DNA from: Moniliella sp. 'wahieum'
Taxonomy: Eukaryota
Direction: 5' to 3'
DNA: 64,000 nucleotides
NCBI GenBank assembly: GCA_003971905.1
Contig: RSEE01000162.1
Location: 1-64,000, forward strand
Positions within the stretch are counted from its first letter, which is position 1; each line of letters begins with the position of its first letter. Made by a program: the position numbers and the translations under genes. Under the pieces are notes generated by a model. That model was not told where the DNA came from, ran no database searches, and saw only the letters and a list, made by a program, of their open reading frames with translations. Positions 13,021 to 25,277 of this stretch are shown here, in pieces.

Positions 13021-13628
13021 CGTTTTAGCAGCTGGCGGACACAAGGGATGACGAAGGGAGAAGACTGCAGGTGTGTGGGGGAGGAGTCGGGGGAAGATTA
13101 AAAGACGAGACGGTTGTGAGAGGAAAGAAGTTGAGTTGAGTTACCAAAAATCCTGTCCAGCCGTCCAGGATTTGTTAACCCTAGAACGCCATCGGCACTA
13201 GGCCGCTATCATTTGGACCAATCGGACATTCCGCGACCAGCAAGTGACCAGACGACGGAGAGGTCCGAAGGGAGGTCCCTAGAAAGACGGGAGAAAAGAG
13301 ACTGCGGAGAGAGAAGCCGGTGCTGGCCCAATTAGTAGCACATCCGCAGCGTGCGTTGCCACCTAGACAGCCTTTCGGCCTGCCATCCGACACGCTCGGC
13401 AGGGGCGAAGGATGGGCAGCAACCCCACCAACCGCAAACCACCGATAAACTCTTCGATAAACGATCGCCCCCCAGAACCCTTGAAGCTGCAAGTTTCAAG
13501 CGTCAAGCTTCAAACGCAGTCACCGTCCAGGGCTCACGCTTCAAGTGGCGCCGCCACGCCGCATCCGCCCACCCCCACCACCCCCACCACACCTTCTCTT
13601 CCCCACCGCCTCCGCCACCTGCCCCACC

Positions 13629-16325
13629 ATGGCTGACGTGGCTGCTGCCGCTGCGCTCGATCCGTTTGACTCCGGCGTCCGCCAAGCCCGTGCTTACTGC
13701 TCCTTCTCTCCGACCGCCTCGCCGCCGAGGCCCGCTACGCCGAGGACATCCAGCGTGTTCTCTCCCTCCATCGCGCCAGGCCCGACACCCCCACCGACAC
13801 TGATACCGATGCCGATGCCGCTCGCTGGCGGCCCTCGGGAAAGAAGTCAGCCCCACCTCCTCCTCCGCGCCCCACCGGGCATGCTGGCCGGGCTTGGCTG
13901 GCCATGTGCCATGCTGACGAGTACGAGGCGACGGCCCGGCTGAAGCGCGTGGAGATTGTCCGCCGTCTCGCGCTCGACCCGCTCGACGCCTGGTGCAAGA
14001 CCCAGGATCGTGCTCTGGAGAATCTGCGGAACAATCTGCAAGCTGCTGTGCGACTCTACCTCAATGCGCGCAACAAGTTGGTCCCCGAGGCTCAGAAGGG
14101 TACGAGAAGCGCTGTACCGAGTGGGACGACCTGGTGCGCCAAGAAAAGGCCGTGCAGATGCAACACCAGCTCCTCTCTGAGCGCCACCATAACCCATTTT
14201 CTGGGCCTGCCGATGCGTCCTCCTCCCGCACCTCCCTTGGCCCAGGTGGCGAGGCCGATGAAGATAAGGACTCGTTGCCCGATGCGCGCAACGTAAGCGG
14301 CGAGCCCCTGAGGTCGTTCCCCAAAGTGCTCAAAGAGAGTGTGCCCAAACGCTCTACCATCTTCTCTCGCCGCCACAGGACATCCGATGTATCTGTCGAC
14401 CATATGCCCGATCCGTCGGGGTTAGAGATCCTGCTGCGGAAAAAGACCAAGGTTCAGCGCGAAGCTGAGGAGCTCGACACCCAATACCGTAGTGCCGTCA
14501 TCAAGCTGGAAACGCTGCGCTTGTCTGTCGTTCACTTTCTCAAGATGGCCCAGGACCAATGTCTTGCCCACCGGGCCCAGATGAGTGTCAAGGTGGTGCA
14601 GGCGTGGAGTGAGGACGAGAAGCAGGCCAAGTTGCTGAACGAAGCAGTGCAAGGGGTTCGAGCTCAAATGGAGCAAGTAGCGCTGAGTCATCGGGCCCAC
14701 ATCCAGAACGACGTACCCATGGTTGAGCAGCAGTTTCCTGTCCTTCAAGTCCCAACAATACCTTACCACAACCAGTATGTCTCCTCCTGCCCCGAATCGT
14801 CCATGCCTCATGGATGCTGTGCAGCCCAGCGGTCGTACTGACCCACCTCTGTTCGTGATGTAGCTGGCATGGCGATGCAAAGGACCTGCTGTTTGGGGTC
14901 AAACTGATGGACTATGCCTCGAGCCACAACACGCCCTCGAAGCCGCCGCTACTGGTACAGAAGTGTGTCTCCTTTTTGGACACTTACGCGTTGGATGCTG
15001 AGGGGCTTTACCGCGTCTCGGGCAAGCGGACGGCCATTCAGGCCTTAGTCAATAAGGTGGAGCAAGATGAGAAGCAGTTCACCTTTAACCCTGGCGTTGA
15101 TGATCCGTCGTCGGTGGCAGGGCTGCTGAAACGGTACCTACGGGAGCTCCCTGACCCCCTTCTGCCGCTTAGCCGGGAGACAACTGCGCTCTATCTCCAG
15201 TCACGAGATGAGGAGATCCAGATGGGGTGGCCGTTCCTGCGCAAAAAGATACGTTCGCAGCCTGTTGTGCACCAAGTAACGCTGCAGGTCATCCTCGAAC
15301 ATCTCGGCCGCGTGGCTGCGCATGAAGAACAGAACAAGATGTCGGCCTCTAACTTGGCCCTGGTGCTTGGGCCGGTCATTTTTTGTGGGGCCCAGGGGGA
15401 ACAGAACTTGCTGCCTGGACCGGACCAAGAGACGACGATGCAAGACCTGATTCGGTATGGCCGGGATATCTTTGAAGACCTGAAGGGTGTTACGTCCTTC
15501 CCGTCGACTGCGCCCCCGGCGCCATCGACGCCTTCGATCTCGGTGGAAACGGCGGTGCAACACCACGTCCAGACCGCATCCCTCGACTCGGGTCGTGCAC
15601 CCGGCTGCCCGCCGGAAAGGTAAGTGACCTGGTTCGAAAGGGATCAGTGGCCCTGACCGGACGGGCGCGGAGGTCGTTGACCACGTACCGACGCCAGCCT
15701 TCGCCATTGATGGCCTCGGGTACTTCCTCCCCTACGTTGGTAGGTTCTAAGGACCAGGGGTTAGCGGTGACAACTGGACATGGTTCGTCGGGTTTGCAGG
15801 AGCATATGACCAACGTTTCTCCTACGGATGCTTCAATCGGCCACCCTTCCTCTGCTTCGGCAGGACGGTGGTCGCCAGCAACGATGGCCTTGCCATCTCC
15901 GCGTCCTTCCTCCCCATCCGGATTGAGCATGCCCAAGAGAACAGACCTGACGCCCGAAGTGGAGCCAGTGGATGTGCAAGAGAACCCCTTCCAGGCTCCC
16001 GGGTTGCAGCCGCAGGCGTGTCAGCACAAAAAAGGAGGTCCCGTTCGCTACCGCGGCGGCGCCCGGGATTGTGCACCGGCCGATGGCTCAGCGTCCGCCG
16101 GCGGTCCAAACGGTCCAAGCGAGACCTGTAGCGGCCGTGCGTCCCTTGCCCTCCCCGTCGGCAGCGAGTGGGGCCCATTCGCACCCTCCGCAGCTACGGC
16201 CGCTGGTCTTCCCGACACAGCCACTCTCGATGCTGGCGGTTGGGCCCTTGGGCACGACACCGGAAGCTGTGCGCGAGCAGGACGAGCACGCGCCAGGTGA
16301 GGAGGAAGTGCGGATGGGGACGTAA
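13629..16325 (+). CDS. Rho GTPase-activating protein with N-terminal coiled-coil/F-BAR-like region
   Basis: RhoGAP motifs PLLVQKCVSFLD, EGLYRVSG, VAGLLKRYLRELPDPLL and NKMSASNLALVLGP (14907-15480). N-terminal helical region (REAEELDTQYRSAVIKLETLR) and Pro-rich tail. Several frameshifts; start and end approximate. Confidence 0.85.
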
Positions 16326-16862
16326 CGGCAGCGAGCCAGGCGCTGCTCCCGCCGTCGCCAGGGTCGACATCGTCGTCGTCGTCGGGTTCGGGCTCGCGAT
16401 GAGCTTGGACGGCAGAAGGGATGGATGGTCGATGAAGCAGGGAGAGGATAGATGAGGAAAATGGATGATGCATACCAGTATTCCACGTCCGTAACGCGTA
16501 ACATGTAACACGCAGTGCCCAGTCTGTGATCTGCGATCTCCGTCTGAGAACTCATCCACGGACCGAGCGGGAGCGCGTGGAGGGCGACGCGGACGGGGCC
16601 GAAGACAGACAGAGTCCTAGCTGGGTCCGTGCGCTCGCAGCCACCGCCTGTCTGTGCCTGCGCTTGGCTGCCCAGGCCTGCGCTCGCACTCGGGTGTGAT
16701 TCACGAATGTGATATGATGTCATAGCGATCGTCGGCCAGCCTGGTTGGATCGCAGCCCGTTGTTTGCCGTCTCGTGCGTGGATCGGAGCCTGCCGACCAT
16801 CCTTCCCGCCCGCGCCGTTCTTCTCGCCACCACCACCACCGCCACTTCCCTGCTTGCTCACC

Positions 16863-17771
16863 ATGGCGCTCCACTATCTGCTCTCCTTCATCATTCTCCT
16901 GCTGGAGATCGTCTTCTTCTTTGTCCTGATCGCACCGCTTCCCTTTGCTGCGCGCCGCAAGTTGTTCCACTTCCTTGCCTCGCGCCCGCGCGCCGTGTGC
17001 AGTACTGGTTCAAGATCACCTTTATCTTTGTCGCCGTTCTCTTTGTGGATGCGTGTCAGAAAATGGCTGCTGCGGCCCGCCACCTGCACGAGCTGGAGAA
17101 CAGTTCGGAGGAAGGGCTGGGGCAGGCGGCGGTGCTGGCCTCGGTGGCTGCCGCGGGTGGGAACGCCAATGCGCTCGCGTCCAAGTTCTACACGGAGCGC
17201 AACTTTTACCTCACTGGGTTCACGCTGCTGCTTGGTCTGTACGTTTGCCTTGGTCCCTTCTTGTTAGAACGAAACAGCGTAAACATGAATGAGAGGGAGG
17301 GAAAGAAAAGCTAACTCTCCCAACCCTTTTCTTTTCCTTTTCGATCTGGACGCAGGATTCACTCGCGCGTCTTTCGTCTGATCACCGAACTGATCGAAAC
17401 GCAAGAGGAACTGTTTGCGCTCGAAGCGAAGAAGACTGCCCCGCCCCCCCAAGGAAGCGCTGCCGAGGTGGAGGCCAAGTACCAGCAAGAAATTGGTAGT
17501 TTGTTTTCCTGATCTCGATTTTGGTCTTTCTTTTCTTCTTTCTTTTTGTGCCTCTTTGGTTGCTCTTTCCTCTCTCTGTGATGGATGGTCGATCAGATGA
17601 TCGATGATCGCAATCCTGATCGTGCCCTATCGTCCTAACCTCATTCTTCTCTCTCTTCCCCGCACAGCCGTTCTCAAAAAGCAGACGCAGCAGCAGCAAG
17701 TCGAGTACAACCGTCTTTCTGATCAGCTCGCGCAAGCAACCGGCAACGTGAGCAACAAGCGCGTCGATTAA
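16863..17771 (+). CDS. BAP31: BAP31/BAP29 (Yet) family ER membrane protein, 3 exons
   Basis: Three TM segments; signature KFYTERNFYLTGFTLLL; introns 17239-17355 (GTACGT..GCTAAC..CAG) and 17496-17667; coiled coil LKKQ...EYNRLSDQ; C-terminus SNKRVD-stop. One frameshift near 16995. Confidence 0.9.
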
Positions 17772-18448
17772 TCAGAAGTACGAGGTCCAGACCTCCTCCC
17801 CCTTTCCTCCTCTCGGCGGGGGTCTGGTTCGTCCTAGGATCGCACGCAATTCGGAGCCCTCGTCCCTTCCCAAGAGGGAGGGGGTGAGGCCTGAGGGGTG
17901 AACGATGACGAACGTCATCGCTAAACGCTGAACTCCGGCCCCCAAAGTCTGACATGTTACTAGTACTGTTCCAATGCTTCTAGATAAGGGTCTTACAATC
18001 GCACGTTTGAGAGGTCACAATGTGGACCTGCATCGCCTCATTGAGTGCGAAGGAGGGCAGGGGCAAGCGGGAGGGAAGAATGCAAAGCGCAGTGGCGGAA
18101 CGTGGAACAGAAACCTAATTTGAAACGTGCCACGGGAGGTAGTTTCGGGGAAATGGGGTGCAGCGCTGGCCGCGCCGTAGCGCCGGTTGATGGGGAGAAA
18201 CCGAAGATGGAGACAGGGGCTAAGGGGACAGGGAGGGCTGGAGGAGAAGGGAAGAGAAAGCAAAAAGATGATGATTGCGAAAGAGGAGGGCAGAAGCATG
18301 GTGGCGATGCTTTTGAGTGGGAAAAAAAGAAGAGGACGGGGTAACAGCAGAAGAAGGAATGGGGAATGATAAGAACAGTTGGGTAGGGGAAGAAAGTGCG
18401 AGAGACAAGGCAAGTACAGACACCCATAAAAGAGGCGCAAGCAAAGTC

Positions 18449-21400
18449 TTATGCCGCCGTCGCGTCTGCCGTAGCGTCCGACTCACCCAACGCAGCAACC
18501 TCGTCATCTTTCATCTCCGACACGGTGGCTAACGCGCCCTGTACATCCGCCGGCAGCTGAGCCAGGAGCGCATCGAACGCCGCCGGAGTCGACGACTGGA
18601 ACGTCTGGCGCCATGCACGGAAGGCATCGTACATCCGTAGCTTTTCCAACGCCGACTCGTACACTGCATCGTCGTCATCCAGATCCTCCTCTTCTTCTTC
18701 ATCCTCGTCCAGGTCGGGAACAGTTTCACCCGCCGCAATCGCTTCCCGACGTTCCTCTTGCTTTTGCCGTTTGGCTGCGGCCGCCAACAGCATCTCGTAC
18801 AGCTCGTTGGCGTCATTGTTCACATCCGCATCGTCGGCAAAGTCTTCCACCAACCCATCCTCGTCCCCGTCCAGCAGTTCCTCCAGATCCCCATCCTCCA
18901 GCAGATCCGCCAGCTCCTTTTTGCGCGACACCACCTCGGGGTACTTGGCCAAGAGCGTTACCACACCCGAAAGAAGTAGGGGTGCCACTGCCTGAACCTC
19001 TGCCGGCATCGACGCTGCCGGGAGGCCGAGTAGGGCAAGGAACGAGAAGACGCCCACGCGACATTCGTGCATCCGAGCAAACTTGGTTGGCACGCGGGGA
19101 AGGATGGCTTGCAACACTGGGGTGAGCATGCCTTGGGACGCAAGTACCTGCAGGGCCAGGGGTGCATTGGCAATGAATGTGTCGAGCACCACAATGTCGG
19201 TCCACCGCCGGATCGAGGTGGAGGTGGTGGCGGGAGCAACGACGATGTGTACAACGGGCTGCAAGAGGGCAGCCAAGTGTTCGTCCCATGCGCCCGGCAT
19301 GCGCAGCAGCATCGAGTCCATCAACTTGCACACTTCGACCGGTTCCAATTCGGGCGCGTCGCGACGCCATTGGCTCAAGCAAATTTCCACCAACGCCTTC
19401 TTGTACGCTGGGTTCTGGGCAATGGTCTGGCCACCAAAGGTGATAAAGTTGCTGAGGGGCGATTGGACTTCAGTGATGTAATCGGACCCCCAGTCGAGCA
19501 GGATCTCGCTCGTCAGCTCAAACACGCGCCACATGGCCGGCGAGATGAACTGCTGGTTAAAGGTGAGGAGTTCAACCAGGTCGTACACTTCTTCCGTAAA
19601 TTCAGACCGCTTGTTCTCCAGGGCAAAGATGATGGCCGGGAGGAGGGTCTGCTCAAGCTGAGCGAGGATTTGCTTGTTGTTATCGGCGGCCGAGACGAGT
19701 TGGTACATGGTACTCAGCGAGGCCATCGCAGCAAACATTTGGTTTTCCGTTTCGGGCGTGGCAGCGCCAGGTCGCCCGACTCCTCCGCTGTCTGAGCAGC
19801 GGCGTTCATCTCATTGACAAGACGGATAAAGCTGTCGCGCAGTTGGGTGGCGAGTTCAACGGCGAACGGGAGCAACTCGGTAGCAAAGTTGTCCACCACC
19901 TGCTCTTGGGTGCGCAGCAGCACATCCAGATCCGTCTTGTCCGACAAGGCCAGCAGTTCCTGCATCAGACGGCCCGCATTGGCCGCACAAGCAGCGTGGA
20001 CATCATCGTGGCTGATCAGCACGCCAAGCGCCTCGGCCGCCTGGAGACGCACCGGCAGCGCCATCGAGGGTTCCATCAAGTCAGCACCCCCTGGAAGGCA
20101 GCGCCAAGGGTAGCCGTGTTGGTCCAATTCATGCCCGCCTCGTCAATTTTTTGATGACCTGGCAGGCACGGAACTGGAGGAGAGGCTGTGCCGTGTTGGC
20201 GAGTTCGGGGATGACCTGGGTGCTCATGAAAGTGTCCAGTTGCGGTCCCACCGTATTGTCGTTGACCATGGTGAGGCACATGGCCCCCGACAGGCGGAGC
20301 GCGCCTTCCTTTTCGACGGCCGAACGCTGGCCCGAGGCGGCGGCGGTCATGACGGTTTGCAAGAACGCGAGAACGGGGTGGAAGGTAGCCGACTTGCGCT
20401 TTGATACAGCGGTGCGAACAAAGGCAAAGGCGATCCAGCGGGCGAGCCAAACTCTTCGGTCGGGTCCATCTGTTCCCGAATAAAAGTGATGGGCTCATCC
20501 TCAAACTTCTCAATCTCCTCCTGGTTCATGCACAGGATCGGGAAAGCGAACGACTCGATGAGTGTCTGGATATGAGGCTTGATCCGCGACCAAAGTCCCT
20601 TGACCAAGATGCAGTCGTGGTAGAACTCAAACATGGAGATCTTGACGACCGGGCTGAGGTACTGGCCGCTGACAGCGAGTTCGGTCTGGTGCAGGTACGC
20701 ACGGAGGATTTCGGGGGCAAACTGTTCGGAAAAGGTGGTGGCAAAGGGTTTGTACTGCTTCATGTTGCTAAGCAGTTGACTTGGGTTGCCATAGCGGCGG
20801 TTGAGCTTGCCCAGGACGCGGTACGCCCACTTTTTGGCCTTCCACCACGGCGCCGTCGCCTTCTCATCCGGATCTTCCGGCAAAGTCGAGTCATCCACCT
20901 GCTTGGCAATGGTAGCGAGGAAGATGGCCCCCCAGCTGGCAATGCTCTGCTGGAGGTGCGGGGGCAAAAGGTGAGAGACGGTGCGGAAGTAAGTTTTGAC
21001 AATCACGTGCAGCAGTTCGCCGGCGTCCTGGTTGGATGCTGCATCGGGAGCATCGAGCAGGCTGCGCGACATTTGAAGGAGCTGAGGGAAGGTCTGGACA
21101 CACATGGTCTCCACCACATCGTCCTTGATGTTCCACCGCAAACGGCGGGCAAGGACGAGAAGCGCGCGGGCGCCGGCGCCAATGGTGGGCAGGTCGCCGC
21201 TGTTGAGGGCCTGGACAATGGAGGGAAGGAGCTCGGGCCATTGTTCAAGGAATTGGTCGGGGACCATGTAGTAGAGAGTGCTCATGGCGTGCACGCGCAA
21301 CCGGGGGGGAGGGTGGCGAGCGAGGGGAGGGGGCGTGCTTGAGCGCGAGCTTGTCGGCGTCGTCGATGGGGGCGCCGGTGCCGCCGGCAGCAGAGGGCGG

Positions 21401-21639
21401 GTGGGCGAGGGCAGTGGATTCCCAGCCACGGCGGACGCGGTTCTTGACCCAGATGGCCGCGGCCTGCCGGTGGGCCAGGTCGGCGTCGGGGTTGGTGACG
21501 ATGTGGAAGACAGAAGGCAGGATGCCGTTCTGGCGCTCGAGGGCGCGCAGCTCGAGCTCGGCGGCCTTGCGGACATTGGGGTTCTGGTCGAAGGAGGCGC
21601 CGAAGAGGGCGTAGAGGTCCTGGAGCGAGGGGGCGGCAT
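18449..21639 (-). CDS. Importin-beta family protein, importin-7/8 (Nmd5/Sxm1-like)
   Basis: IBN_N region DQNPNVRKAAELELR...HRQAAAIWVKNRV; PWWKAKKWAYRVLGKLNRRYGNPS; VEKEGALRL; LPVRLQAAEAL; ELLPFAVELATQLRDSF; acidic C-terminal loop. About 4 frameshifts. Confidence 0.9.
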
Positions 21640-22809
21640 GGGGGCGGGCGGCGGCGGAGGAGGCGGGGGGGTGGGGGGGATGGGGGGGATGGGGCTAATG
21701 GGGCTGCGTTTTGGGGGCGGCGTGGGTTTGTTTTTTTCTTTTTTTCTTCGAGTGCAACACGGCCGCTGCCCCAGGCGCCACCGCCCGAGCGCCGGGCCAA
21801 CCCTAGCACTGCCGCCCGCGGCGGCGGTGTGGTTTCATATTGCAGCTGCCCGCCGCCGCCAACACAATGAACACTCGACGCTGGGTGCGTGCCTCTCGTC
21901 TTCCCTGCCGTCTCTTGTGGGCGTCGGCCGGCACCAGCGTATCCTTGGGGGCAGTGTGGGGGTGCCATCTCGTTCAAATCCAAGCGGAGCAGCCGGCAGC
22001 CATTCCCTCGGAGAGGATGGGCTCAGTGGACTGTGAGCATAATGCCAGTACTCCTGAGCAAGAGAAGGCCAACACTCACCCACCTATACGAGGGGAGACG
22101 GCATCAGGACCACCCAATCTGTAGAAGACCAGGGCGCAGGAGGTTGATGGTGTATAGCATTGCACACGAGCCTCAGAGGCTAGAGAATATTCCCCACTAC
22201 ACCAGCTTTGGGTCACACATTCTATCTGTCCAACATCCTGCAGAGGAATACAAGAACGCCCAAGAACAGGGACACACTCAAAATGATCCAACTAGTAACA
22301 TTAGTGTCTCCTCCTGGTCATCACAACGTGCCGTGTAATACTATAGAAAAGCTGGCCCACATCTAGTAATGTCGCACCTCTCTTCTTACCAACCCATTTC
22401 TTCGCATCCCCTCCCCCCTCCGCCAGCCATGCACGGTCAGCCGGTCAGGACACAATCTCTGCCCATACTCGCCTAGCGGGTGAGCACGGCGCTTTGGGAT
22501 GCATGAGTTAAGGCCGTCCTTCATCATGAAATGCATCAAACCTCTTGGGCTGAGTAGACCGACATCACATTACGTCACATGTCACATGCGCGCCCGTCGC
22601 TCTTGAATTCCGAAGCAGGGCGGAGTTGTCTGCAGATGATTGCGTCATCACCTGTGACATGTGACTGAAGCTCTGAAGGATTCGATCACCACATCACCAC
22701 ATCACTTGCCACATATGTCGAGCTAACTCCCCCGAACATCGAAGCTCGGACAGCGAAGTGGAAGGAGCGCAAGAAATTGGACTCCAAGCTTCACGAGCTT
22801 CAACCGTCT

Positions 22810-23270
22810 CAACGTTCAACGATTGGCAAGCCCATCAGTCTTCCGGAGGTTAACCTGGGTTGGCCCGGTGACCATCAGATCGTAGCCCTCCTTAAAAAGG
22901 CATCGAAAGCCTAATATAGGCGCGTTCGCAGCCTTCGTCGCGACCCGCCCGCGTTCGATCCATCGGGGGCTGGGACAAGTCGGCCCAATCCTGCGCGTGT
23001 CTCCGTGGTGCAGGTGTCCCGTCCGCAGGTGGCCCACGCCCAAGTCGCGACCACGGAAAATAGCCAGGTGCAAGCGGGAGGGTTATCGATTTGATGGCAT
23101 TGAGGTCATCGTCGAAGGCAATGTCAGCGCCAGCACGCATGTACCTGATCAACACACATCACCTTTGACGCTGTTCTTCTCCGACTCTCCTATATGTTCT
23201 GCCCCAGCTAGCGGCCTCCTCTCCTGGAATAGCATAACCATCTCTTCCTTTCATAGGCAACTGTCTTTTG
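22810..23270 (-). mobile_element. Possible further RLE-type retroelement vestige
   Basis: LPMKGRDG (like LPxxxGGLG), TWLFSV, CPSPRWIER and YDLMVTGP (compare TDYRVMGP in copy A), in the expected order but very degraded. Confidence 0.25.
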
Positions 23271-23404
23271 GTTAATGATCTTCATGGCCTGCATGATGCA
23301 TGGCCGGTGACCGGTGACCAGAGGGCGCTATGTGTGCGGTTGAGGCTTAACTTGGCAATGGCGGTTGGGAGAAAAGAGGTAAGATCTAAGAAGGGATACG
23401 TGTG

Positions 23405-24085
23405 TAATCTCTCAGCTGCTGAGCTGAGCCAGGCTGAGGCTATGCTGAGCCTGAGTCTGCTTGAGCGCGCAGCTGAGCCGCAGCTGAGTCCGAGCAGGGC
23501 TCAAAGCGGCCTTTGACCGCTTAACGCTAGCTAAGCTCAGGCTGAGTTCTGCTTCTGCTGCCTGTCCATGTTCGCGCCGACTGTAGGACTGAGCCTGAGT
23601 CTGAGCGCGCTCCTCCTCAACGTCCACGTGCTGCTCAGCTTTTATTGGGTGGCTGTGGGACGTGGGTGCCGCCCATACTCAGGGTCTCAGTGCCCTGCCC
23701 CAGTATCTCAACAGGAGCCTGGTCGATGGACATGGCAGAGAGTACTCAACTATTGAACACTCGGACTGAGTGAGTAGTGAGTGCACAGAGCACTGACATG
23801 ACTGACAAGGGATGGAGTGGATAGAGCGTAACTCAGAATTTCAGACCTCCTATAAAAAAGGAGCCATCCAAACAAAGCGGCTCGCACGCCTGCCTTGGGA
23901 GGAAGGCACTGGGAACGGTGAGCGCTGAGCGTGAGCTGAGGCTCAACTCAGTACTCACCGATCGCCATTCAGATATTCAGGCTTAGTTCGGCCGAGGCAC
24001 AGCTGACACAGCCAATTTGCCGCACGCGCGGTGGTGGGGCCCATATTCATGAGTCCAGCACGTGGCCGCTCAGCCTGAGCCATTC
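23405..24085. repeat. Intergenic cluster of CTGAG/CTCAG dyad repeats
   Basis: Dense GCTGAG, CTCAGC and CTGAGT in both orientations. Confidence 0.75.
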
Positions 24086-25277
24086 AATTAACGCTCCCCA
24101 GTGCTGTGCCTCTGGCTTCAGCCACTGCCGTGTGGCGTGGGCGCGCGGCGTTGGACCCTGGAAGGAAACAGTCTGGTTTGGACACAGTCTGGGTTCCTGT
24201 CGGCCTTATTACGCACACGGCACTCACTGTACTCACTCAGCTCTCCACCACAGTGGGGGTTTGTGTGGCCCCGTCCGCTCGTCGAGTGTTCAGCACGTCA
24301 AACAACCACTGTTCAGAACGTTCAGACGTTCAGCTTCAAGCTTCAGCCATTCCCTATTCAGAATTCAGATCGCAGATGGGCGGTGCAACAGCCTGCAGCA
24401 ACTGGCAGGCGCACCAGGGCAGCCGAAGAGCCTGGCGAAGGATCATTCTATCATAGGGGTGACGTGGGTGGCAGCGGAGATGTGAGACGGGGGCTGCCCA
24501 GGCTTGCCAGGCAAAGGAAGAGACAGGAGGATGCCCAATCCATGAGGGAGACAAGCGCGGCAGGAGCAGGCGGGTATGTAGGGATGTCGGTGGATGTCAG
24601 TACATGTCAGTTGCACCAGGCAGGAGCGCAGGTGGTGGTGGACGCGAATTCGATGACGGAGCACAGCCCCGAGACGAGCGCGGCGCCGCGCCAGACGGGT
24701 GCAGACGGGTGCTCCTATGATGCGCTCAGCGCTCAGATGCACACGCGCGCCCCAGCACAGCACCGCAAACCGCGCATGGTGAATGGGACGCGCGGCATGG
24801 CAGGCCGGAGAAGGAGCACGCGTCAATCTTCCATTCGCTGAGCGGGAGCTCGCTGGTGCAAGTGAATGTGATGGCGATGCTGCTGACGCACAGCTGTGCT
24901 GCTGAAGCTTCAGCTGAAGCCTGTGAAGCTCGCTGAACGCCCCGTCCCTCCCAGATGTTCGATCATCACAACTCGATCAATGAGATCATGATCATCGGCC
25001 ATCATCGATCCTGCACCCATTCGCACCCAGGGTACACTGCGTACACTCAGTACACCCTGTACACTCAGTTACTGGAACCGCTGGCTGATTATAGAACGTC
25101 ATGCGTCATGTCCTCATCTGTCGTTCGTCATCTACTCCACGAAGCCTGCCCTCGACCCTCCCGCCCTCCCGCTCCCCTCCCCTCGTCGTAAGCCCCGGAG
25201 CCTCAGGCCTCAGCATCCGCTCGCAGCGCCTCGCCCATCCCCACCATCATCTCCCCCATGGCCGCCGTCTCGCCGGT

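Noticed and set aside
18449..21983. Long antisense or overlapping ORFs over the importin and other GC-rich genes (e.g. 20401-21342, 42442-43518)
   Set aside because: Expected shadow ORFs of high-GC codon usage; no recognisable domains.
22810..23160. Bacterial DUF6065-like fragment (LMVTGP..N..KTDG)
   Set aside because: Only one short motif matches; the other expected motifs are absent, and a retroelement vestige fits equally well.
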